Assembly (NCBI GenBank): GCA_040954595.2
Contig: CM082586.2
Span: forward strand, 10,385,337-10,449,336
DNA length: 64,000 bases
From: Balanoglossus misakiensis
Lineage: Eukaryota > Animalia > Hemichordata
Direction of reading: 5' to 3'
Shown: positions 1 to 9,057 of the stretch, in pieces
How the letters are laid out: the number at the start of each line of letters is the position of its first letter
Numbering within the stretch: position 1 is the first letter of the stretch
Position numbers and translations under genes: made by a program
The notes under the pieces: generated by a model
What the model saw: the letters and a program-made list of their open reading frames with translations, nothing else
Told to the model about the DNA's origin: nothing
Databases searched by the model: none

Positions 1-2600
1 CAGTATTATTGACATTCAGAAACAGGGAATGTAGATTAAAGTACCACCGACACTTATGCCTAAGTACAAGCAAATCTCCCTCATTTATGTTGAATCGTGA
101 GAATAACAAAGTGATATCTCTAAGCAAGATACCAGTATATGTGTAGAGAGCTAATTGAGCCCGACGCTTTGGTCTGTCTGTATCGCTTCTCAATGCTAAT
201 ACCAATCCTATGAAATGCCAAGCAAGTTTGCGAGACTCCTCACCAGTGAAGCGATAAACCACATTAATGTTGGCATTTGACTTGACACTATTTTCATTGA
301 AGTATTTTACAATCTTATTATACAACTTTCCAGCTTTTACTTGATATTTTAGGGCAGACAGGAATTTGTACAGATATGACTCGTTAGGTAGATTCTCAAT
401 TTTAACTCCATTTTCACGACCCTTTTCCGAAGTGTGGGCAACTGCGTCAATCAGTAATCGTTGGAAGTAGTATTGCCATGCATTGTTCTTTAAATGCAAT
501 GGCTCAGCCTTGGCACAATCAATAAATCTACCCAACGGTGGTACAAATTCCTGTCTTGACCTCAGACTGGCTATAAATTGTGTGATTTTGGGTCGCACTG
601 TTTTGGGCTTTCCAGTTTTAATTTTCTTAGTTGACTTCAACTTTTCAACAGCTTCTGCATCTTTAATTCTTTTCTGATATTTCCATTCATCCCACTTCTG
701 ACCTGGGCCAATTTCTGCTCCAATACAATCAATATCATTTTTGGAACGTTAGCAAATGAGCTGAAATACTTTGCTGCATTGCTTAGTTCTCCAGACACAC
801 TGGCCAATCCCTTCTGATCAAAGGGTAAAAGTGACACCTGAAAAGTTACATCAAGACTGCCAACTTTATATTTACGTTTCTCAATACACTCAAGGTCTTT
901 TGACAATGCAATTGCAAATTCAATCATTATGGGGTCATCCTCTTTTATGTTTGCCCCTAATAGGAGAAAATTGTGGTCTGGGCTAGCAACACGGTGGGTC
1001 ACATTCAAGAAACTAACTAGCCATGCAGTGGCCTGTCCATGTTTGCCAAACGGAGCCCCGTCAGCACCTATACTGATTTGAAATGAGCCCTCCTGTTTAC
1101 CGAACCAGTTAAGAATATCAGGCTGTGTTTCCCCCATATTTAAATATAAACTGGCAATCTTAATAAGCAACTCCTCAGGGTTTCTTTTTAAGCCGACTTG
1201 TTTGCCTTCAGATGATATAATTGGCTCAAGATTTCCAATGTCAAGGTTACTTACATACTGTACAACTTTTGTGTATGGGAGCAGTCTTGGTATTCTACAG
1301 CCAGAATGAATTTCTAATGCTTTCCTAGGATGTTTCAAGTTGGAGAACATCTGAAGTTCACTCTGCCTCAGACAGTTATATTTTCGTTTGGATAGTACTC
1401 CGCCCTCATACATAGTTCTGACACTCCTCACCAAATTGTTCTCACTTTTCTCAAATTTACTGATGTATTTATCAAATACTGATGGCATTACTTTTTTACT
1501 GATTTGGGGAGAGGTTCTGAAGAATGTTTTCATTTGGTCAGGAGTGGCAGAATTAACAAGAGTATACCACAAACCATCAAGTGCTGCTTTTGGTGGATGT
1601 AGTACATTCGGTTTATTTATACCTTTGGCTGGGCTTACATCTGTAGTTGCTACATGAATATTTATGGCTGCTGATAAGGTTTCACACCTACGTTCATACT
1701 GTTGACGTCGCGACAGCTTCAAAGATTCACTATTATCTGCACATACTTCAGTGTTCTTGTGGACCCATTTAGAGCGTTTCACATTAACAACATCAACAGG
1801 AATCTGAAAGATTAAGTGTGTGATAAATATATACTAATTAGAATATAATCATTATATATAAAATAAAATCTTCTTACAAGTTAATCATTAATTTAAATGT
1901 CCTTGATAAGAAATACACACGTGTAGCCTGTATTTTTCTGACAACTTCTGCAATAAAAATCCTAAAAAATATACATAGTTTGTTGGAAAACCTAGATGTT
2001 TTGCATCAAAGCTGAACCCATTTTGTTATCATTGTTTACACAGGATCATGTGACATGAAGTTCAAAAAGCGAATTTGGGCTAAAATTTGAAGAGGATTTA
2101 TACAAATCTGAGATTTTTAAAATTATGACTAAGTCTATTTATCTGATCTAGCTTACCTTTCTCTTATTATTCTTTGTAGCTAAGATCTCACAAATCTTAC
2201 TGTTCTTCTTCTCTAGTCTAGCTAGCTGGGTTGAGGATCTTTTTACTAGTCTCCTAGCTGCACTCAACTTATTCAACTTATCCTGAATTATGCTTTCTTC
2301 CTCATCTCTCTTTCTCTTTCTCTGTCTACACCACTCTCCTAAGTTAAACCTGTGTTTAGTCTGTCCTCTCTTTGTTCTAACTACCAATAGGTTGTTGGCC
2401 ACGCTCCCAGACAAAGATCTAGTCTTCAATTTCTCCTGATATAGTTGTTGTAAACACTTCTCTTCAGCTACCTGTCTCGCTATCTTTTGGTCCTTTGCCC
2501 ACTGGCCTATGTTGAAGTAACTTTTCCCTTTTCTATTCGGCATAACAATAGACAAACTTTTAAGAAGTGCGCTACTCCTGTTGAATAGTTTGCCCCACAT
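1..2600 (-). pseudogene. Spliced RAG1-core/Transib-like (CMC-type) DDE transposase gene with one 1-bp frameshift near 745; 3' end lies outside the window
   Basis: ORF 2148..2633 joins ORF 637..1782 in frame via a GT-AG intron (…AGA AAG|GTAAGC at 2156; TTTCAG|ATT CCT at 1804). After a 1-nt shift at about 745 (GTT TCC read as GTTCC), I translated an open frame by hand down to base 1. Motifs occur in RAG1-core order: ISIGADGAPF (cf. KESCDGMG, D600), LLLGANIKEDD (cf. LCLMLADESD), LPFDQKGL..VSG (cf. GYDEKLVREVEG, D708), EPLHLKNN (cf. DALHCDIGN), YRFTGEESRKL (cf. RMNGNFARKL). First in-frame ATG after an acceptor at 2617 is 2600. Family call is from motif recall only. Confidence 0.65.
1804..2156 (-). 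other. Predicted phase-0 spliceosomal intron (353 bp) of the RAG1-like gene
   Basis: Donor AAG|GTAAGC and acceptor CTTTCAG|ATT. The interval is AT-rich and its removal fuses the two ORFs in frame (…KRK|IPVDVVNVKRSK…). Confidence 0.75.
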
Positions 2601-3453
2601 GGCTCTAAATCTATACCTGAAAAGGGTGAACAAGAGAAATATCTTTACAATAATTATCTATCCGAGGGAAGCAAAAACAAAACACCTGCTCATTATACTT
2701 CCTCCAGAAATTGAGGTCAAAGGTGACATAGAAAGAATGTGGGTAACCTTACCATAACAATCTCGCCCATTCATTTTTTTCTTATTTCGTTTTCACCCTC
2801 GAATTTCCAGCGAATTATATCAAGAATATATTTTAGCACAAACTATTGGTTTCTGATTTTTCAGTTACGGTCTTATTTTCTGTCAATTCTATGAACAATA
2901 TCACCATGTCGCCGAAAATTCGAAGCGCCGCCATTACAATCAATGTAACCCGTGCTGCTGCCAAGGAACACACAGGGTCGTATATTTTCGCTTGGTATGA
3001 TTTCGTCATATTGCTTGTAGCAGCATTTTAAACATGGAATCCTATGTTTACGTATAAAAGACTAAATTCGTATGGTTTTCAAATTGAAAAAAACAATTCT
3101 GTGAAGCTGAATCGTTGTAATTTTTAGTGTTTGTTTATGGTTGCTTAGGACGGCTTCTGCTATAGCAACGGCCAGGGACTGTCAGCGGGTGATCAAAATG
3201 TTCAAGTTATTTGGCTGATACACATAAATAACACAGCAGAATCGCAACTTTATTTCATATTGTCTCTGACATCTTGCTAATTTTACTAAACAAAACTTGG
3301 AATAAAGCAATATTACTCACCGAATTATGCTGTGCATCGACAGCTGTGTTCGATCGCGAACGCCATTACTGTGTCTAATTAAATATTCATGAGCTTCATA
3401 GGCTGCCACGGAAATACTGCCCATAGGTGGCGTCGTTCAAGCTGTAGTGACAG

Positions 3454-5445
3454 GTGGTGGTTCCCAGAGTGTATCGTAACCAGGTGATGAGACTAGCCCA
3501 TGAATCAGTGCTGGGTGGTCACCACGGAACTCACAAGACCACAGACAAGATCGTTTGGCCTGGGCTAACATCAGATGTTTCCCGTTACTGTCAGTCCTGT
3601 GATTCATGTCAACGGACACAACCAAAGGGACGGGTGACCAAGGTACCACTTGGAAGTATGCCACTAATAGATATCCCTTTCCTACGTATTGCAGTAGACC
3701 TGGTTGGCCCTATTCATCCATGCACTGAACGCAAGAATAGGTACATACTTACTGTTGTTGATTATGCAACACGCTATCCGGAGGCTGTTGCATTGACTAA
3801 CATTGATACCAAGACTGTTGCAGAGGCGCTCCTGGACATCTACTCAAGAGTGGGGTGTCCACGTGAAATTCTGACAGATCAAGGAACTCAATTTACATCA
3901 GATGTGATGCGTGAGGTCAGCCGGCTTTTGTCTATAAAGCAGATGACTACCACCCCATACCACCCAGCATTCAATGGTCTAGTGGAACGGTTCAATGGTA
4001 CATTGAAACTCATGCTCAGGAAGATGTGTGAGGAACGTCCAACATATTGGGATCGTTATCTGAATGCTTTACTATTTGCCTACAGAGAAACGCCTCAATC
4101 GAGCACAGGATTCTCTCCGTTTGAGTTACTTTATGGGAGGAGTGTGCGTGGTCCAATGGCTATCTTGAAAGAACTATGGACTGGAGAGATCAGTGAACCA
4201 GAAACCAAAACGACTTATCAATACATCCTTGATCTTCAAAAGAAATTAAAGAAGGCATGCGATTTAGCAAGACAAGAACTGAAGATATCACAAGGCAAAT
4301 ACAAGTCCTACTACAATAGAAAGGCCAAATGGAGGAAGTTCAACAAAGGTGACGAGGTGTTATTGCTACTACCTACTGACCATAATAAACTACTTATGCA
4401 CTGGAAGGGTCCTTTTCCAGTGGTGGAGAAAGCGAGCAATATGGATTACAAGATTGACTTTGGTCATAGGGTGAAAACATTCCATGCCAACCTGTTGAAG
4501 AGGTACTATCGAAGAACTGATCAGCTAGATGAAGTATCAGCTGGACTTCTTGAGATTGTGTGTGTATCTGTGATAGATGAGCAGAGTTATGAATCTTCAG
4601 AAGTACAAGAGAACACAGGGGTTAAAGTAAACGATGACTTACTGCGGGTTCCTGCATTCAAGCAGAAAGAATTTGCTGCAGATGTGAATGTATGTGACAA
4701 CTTGTCAGACATACAGAAGCAAGTGGTGAGGAGGTTGCTGATCAATTACAAAGATATGTTAACTGATATTCGTGGTAACACCAACCTGGGTTTCCATGAC
4801 ATCAAGTTGATGGATCCAACACCAGTATGCAGTAGGCCATACCCCATCCCTCATGCACTCCGTGAAGCACTGAAAGATGAAGTCAAAACGATGATTAAGA
4901 TGGGAGTAGCTGAACCTTCAGAGAGTCCATATGCTGTTCCACTGGTAATGGTGAAGAAATCTGATGGGTCCAATCGTTGTTGTGTTGACATGAGAAAGCT
5001 CAATCGCATAACAGTGTTTGATGCAGAGCCTACACCAGACCTGAGTGAGCTTTTTGCTTTTTGCTAAGTTATCCAAGGATCACTATTTCACTAAAGTAGA
5101 TCTCAGCAAAGAATATTGGCAAGTCCCGTTGACTGATAATTCTAAACAATTGACGGCATTTATCACGCATGATGGGCTATACCAATTTATCAAAATGCCT
5201 TTCGGACTTGTAAATAGTGCTGCGACTTTTAGCAGAATTATGAGAAGATTGTTAAGAGATATGAAGAACGTAGACAACTATATCGATCACATACTGATCC
5301 ACACTGCATCATGGGAAGAACATATCAAGACAATTACAGATTTGATGAGCAGACTACGAAAGGCAAAGTTAACAGCGAGACCAACTAAGTGTTATGTGGG
5401 TTATGAGCAGATCGATTTCCTGGGTCATGTGGTTGGTCATGGTGA
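3454..5445 (+). mobile_element. Truncated, degenerate Ty3/Gypsy pol fragment with integrase before RT (Gmr1-like)
   Basis: ORF 3454..5067 encodes the integrase zinc finger (AHES..GGH..CQSCDSCQ), the rve core (IAVDLVGP, LTDQGTQF, NGLVERFN) and a GPF/GPY-type motif, then the RT N-terminus (SPYAVPLVMVKKSDGSNRCCVDMRKLN). After a frameshift near 5060, RT continues (KVDLSKEYWQ, MPFGL, YIDH for YxDD, FLGHVVG) and breaks off near 5445. No LTRs seen. Confidence 0.9.
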
Positions 5446-5597
5446 ACTAGTCCTGTTTCAAAATGACCTACATTACAGGTCCTATGCACACGTATTACAT
5501 GTTCTGATTGGTTTATCCACTTCTCTAAGGTCCACTTGCGGCTCGCTGATTGGAGGGACCTTATGTGTTAGGTCATATTACTATGTATTATTCACCA

Positions 5598-5803
5598 GAC
5601 CTTGTAGGTTAGGTCTTATTACAATGCATTATTCACTTTACAGCTCCCTGATTGGTTAATGTGTAGGTCTGGTCCTCCAGTGTTCACTGCCTCATTATGC
5701 AGGACCTTGTAGGTTAGGTCTTATTAATATGTATTTATTCACCATACAGCTCCCTGATTGGTTAACGTGTCAGTCTGGTCCCCCCAGTGTTCACTGCCTC
5801 ATT
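5598..5803. repeat. Imperfect 105-bp tandem duplication containing CTGATTGG motifs
   Basis: GACCTTGTAGGTTAGGTCTTATT…CAGCTCCCTGATTGGTTAA…CCAGTGTTCACTGCCTCATT starts at 5598 and again at 5703. Confidence 0.85.
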
Positions 5804-6772
5804 GTGAAATGTCCCATGTGCTTCCTGGCTAGCGTTGTGGTAACATATTATTCGGGGTGTCCGCAGATCGTTCATTGATTTTCTGAGAAATAGCCTAACT
5901 GATACTATCTCCAACATAAACCGCACCCTGGAAAGATTAAATGATCTTTTAGGTGGACTTTGAAAATCTGATTAACTCATCTAAGCATTTTAGCTAAGTT
6001 GTATATTTTTTAATTATAATCATACAAAATACTTAAAAAATAAAAACAATGTTCAGTTTTAATACCCACTGATGAGGGGAAACATCAGTTTCAAATTCTT
6101 TTCATGGGAGCGCTTGAGCAGAGTTATGAGTTTTGCTCTGTGAAAGAAAATGGGGGGATTTCAAAATTTTGGCAGTTCGGAAGGGGGATTTCAAAATATT
6201 TCGGGTTGTGAAAGGGGGGGGGGGCATGTGAAAATTAGCGGTAAAAGATGAATTCCCCCCCCCCCTCCAGAGGTGTTTGTGAATGCAGCCTAAGAAAGAA
6301 AAAATGTGAAATGGGTCAAATATGGGCCGGACGTGCCCATTCAACTCAATTTACTTTTGTTTGCTTTAAGTAGGAATTGATCACAGCTATATTTATTTTG
6401 GACACCTGAGCGACAAGAAAACAATCTGATTCTACATTTTAAAAAGCGTCATTGGAAAAGCACTGCAATTTTGTTTCTTGCTTTAAAAAAGTTTGGGGTG
6501 GCATGTAATAATTAAGGTGTGTCTAAATTACTAATTTGGTGCACCTCAAAGCCCTTAGCCAATGTAAATTATATCCTGCATTGTATTCATGAAGGATATC
6601 CTCCCGCGAGGTCAATGCCATTCAATGTCAAACAGTCTCAACAAAGACCATTGGACACTCATAGCCGTTTTGTATGAAAGTGACTGGAGTACGAGATGAG
6701 TTTCATGACAACAACAAATCATGCTCAGTCTCGCTGCAGGGTCTATAATTTCAATAACGGCTAGACGCTGGA

Positions 6773-6805
6773 CACTATCTTAGGTAACACTTACCTAAGA
6801 TAGTG
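6773..6805. mobile_element. 33-bp minimal palindromic element with CAC...GTG ends and a 5-bp TSD (Transib/ProtoRAG-like signature)
   Basis: CTGGA [CACTATCTTAGGTAA cac TTACCTAAGATAGTG] CTGGA: perfect 15-bp inverted repeats, a 3-bp spacer, and CTGGA at 6768-6772 and 6806-6810. Confidence 0.75.
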
Positions 6806-7343
6806 CTGGAACGACATGTTTAAACAGGTCGTTCCGGCACTCTGACCCTTTCGGCCCCAGTCGTTTCAGCCCCCATTTTCCACGACCCAAGTCGTTACAG
6901 CCCGGACAGTAACACCCCAGACATTTCAACACTTATCAGGGAAGACCTTAGCCCAACTATTAAAACTTGGCTTGAACCTACTTAAGTTCTCCGCATGAAA
7001 TATGAGCGAGCGTTGTCAGAGGACGACAGCTACGCACACTTTGGGCATGACCGAATCAAACAGAATTGAATATTCTATATTCGGAAAAAACACCTTATCT
7101 CCGTTTTGCCGTTGACAAACCGATTTCTGTCATGACAGTTACTCCCGGGGACTGTGACAGACCATATACAGACAGTAGAGGCCGCGCGCTGGGGGTCTAC
7201 ACAAGTCACTACAGCTGATGTAAGCAAGTACAACATGCTTTGCTTGCAGGAATGTTCCATTTTCAATAGAGGGGTGTGTATATTCAGAGGGAATGTCAGT
7301 CGGGGCCCTGGCTGGCAACATGCGGCGTATATATTGACAATCT

Positions 7344-8271
7344 TAGCCGGGAGACCAGGGCGTCGATCTAAAATACAACGCTCGGGGACAGTCGAGCAAG
7401 TCCTGCTGAGCTGAAAGATAGTAGTCTTGGCAACGATCGAGGTCGCTTAGTAACAAATGGATAACGAGTGATCTATCAAATGTTGACGGGCGCCAGTGGT
7501 TGGATGATATAATTAAAGGCACGTAAGCTGTAACTGGATAAAAAATTAAAGTTTTAAATAATCTCATATATGCTTTTAATTATGTCTATTAAATGCTATT
7601 TCATGATAATATATCAAGCTCAACACTTATTTATGACAAAATGGCCAAAAATTAAAGAAAAACGAAAATTCCTGCAATTTTAAAAAAAGCGCAATATTGC
7701 AATGAAAAATGAAAATCTGATGTCTCAGTGGTGTACATTTACTTCCATGAGCTCAAGTGGATGAGATCATGTTTTGTTTATGAAGTTTCACAACCGGAAA
7801 TGCAACATTTTCATTGTTTCTTGCATTTTCCCACGGTGGCGGCCATAATCGCTTGCGGCAAAGCTTTATTATTTATCTGGTTAAAACTTGCATATGCACT
7901 CATACTTAGGGTTTATAATGCTTGTGTATTGTTCACTACCTCCATCTGCATGGACTAATGGTAGTGCAGTTTGAAACAAAAATTATGAAAATTATCCCAA
8001 AAGTTACACCTTACGTGCCTTTAACAAAGCTTGGTTATGAATATTCATACACTTTCAAAACCACTCCCACATCCCATCGCGGGAATTTCACACATGACTC
8101 CACCTCTATTTCCTTATTTAGAAGGCGACGATGTCATGTGGTTAACATTGAGTGACCAATTAGCTTACACGCAAGATTTACCACACGTGTCGTTCTACGA
8201 ACAGAATTCTGTTCGTAAATAGAGACTGTCCCCGGGCGTTTCTTTTCCCCGACGCCCTGGTCTCCAGGCTA
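7344..8271. mobile_element. Non-autonomous DNA transposon with TAG...CTA termini and a 9-bp TSD (AcademH-like)
   Basis: Left end TAGCCGGGAGACCAGGGCGTCG…AACGCTCGGGGACAGTC matches the reverse complement of the right end (TAGCCTGGAGACCAGGGCGTCG…AACGCCCGGGGACAGTC). TGACAATCT is duplicated at 7335-7343 and 8272-8280. Confidence 0.8.
7517..8020. mobile_element. MITE with TTAA TSD and AGG...CCT ends (Kolobok-like), nested in the 7344-8271 element
   Basis: TTAA|AGGCACGTAAGCTGTAACT … AGTTACACCTTACGTGCCT|TTAA: 19-bp TIR with one mismatch. Confidence 0.85.
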
Positions 8272-8582
8272 TGACAATCTCGCTGATAGGCGCAGCTGGA
8301 ATTTATGTTTCTGTGGTATGATTATTGTATTTTATCAATGCACAATCACGATGGGCGAGTTTCAAGCAAGCAATTGGATTCGCTTCAATCCCTCACTAAA
8401 ATCTAGACTGCACCACTGTATAATAACACAATACAGTCTTCTAGCCTCATGGTATAAACAGGAACTCTTGTCTGCTGGACATCCGTGTACTTTGGTCTAC
8501 TGAGTGAACGCGTTACGTATAGAGGTAGCGCAAAGTGAAAACCTATTTAAGGCAGCCACAACAATCAGTGTTGACGTACATA

Positions 8583-8687
8583 CAATCTGACTAAAATCGC
8601 AGTTGGTATGACGACAGCATACTAATAATACTGTACCACATAAGTAAAAGACGTCGTCGTACCATACATCTGATTTTATTCAGATTA
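8583..8687. mobile_element. Short imperfect fold-back MITE (AATCTG…CAGATT family), degraded copy
   Basis: Left end AATCTGACTAAAATCGCAGTTGGTATGACGAC resembles the reverse complement of the right end, AATCTGAATAAAATCAGATGTATGGTACGACGAC. No clean TSD. Confidence 0.6.
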
Positions 8688-8702
8688 CTGCATATTTGCA
8701 TA

Positions 8703-8913
8703 TACTGTGAAACAAGTTATTTTCGCGAGCAATACATTTTCGCGAGATACGTGAGAGCCAAAATGGTATGAAAATAAGAGGTCGCATAATTATTTTTGAA
8801 GATAACGATGCAGTGAATGAAATAAGAGAACGCGAAAATTAATACTCGCGAAACAGTAGCCTCTCTCGATATCGTGAAAATTTCAACTCGCTAAAATAAA
8901 GTGTTTTACAGTA
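8703..8913. mobile_element. TACTGT…ACAGTA MITE with internal TTTTCGCG/CGCGAAAA repeats
   Basis: Ends are TACTGTGAAACA and TGTTTTACAGTA. TTTTCGCGAG repeats face inward on the left and CGCGAAA repeats on the right. TA flanks suggest a TA-targeting non-autonomous transposon. Confidence 0.65.
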
Positions 8914-8946
8914 GTTTATGTATGTAAAGTGTTCCTGATGTTAACA

Positions 8947-9057
8947 CAATCTGTTTGAAATCAGATGTAGGCCTAGGGAATGGCGACGTAGTTTTTTGAT
9001 GCTGCGACAGCATAAAAAACACGTCGCCGTTCCCTACATCTGATTTTAATCAGATTA
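8947..9057. mobile_element. About 110-bp hairpin MITE (same family as 8583-8687)
   Basis: Almost fully self-complementary: AAATCAGATGTAG..GGGAATGGCGACGT.GTTTTT.ATGCTG-cga-CAGCAT.AAAAAC.ACGTCGCCGTTCCCTACATCTGATTT. Flanks ATGTTAACA / GCGTTAACA match at 7 of 9 positions (possible decayed TSD). Confidence 0.7.

Noticed and set aside
6145-6295. GGGGATTTCAAAAT repeats with G/C runs, and similar CGTTTCGGCCCC-like repeats near 6830-6905
   Set aside because: Probably fragments of MITE ends, but I could not find a partner terminus or TSD.
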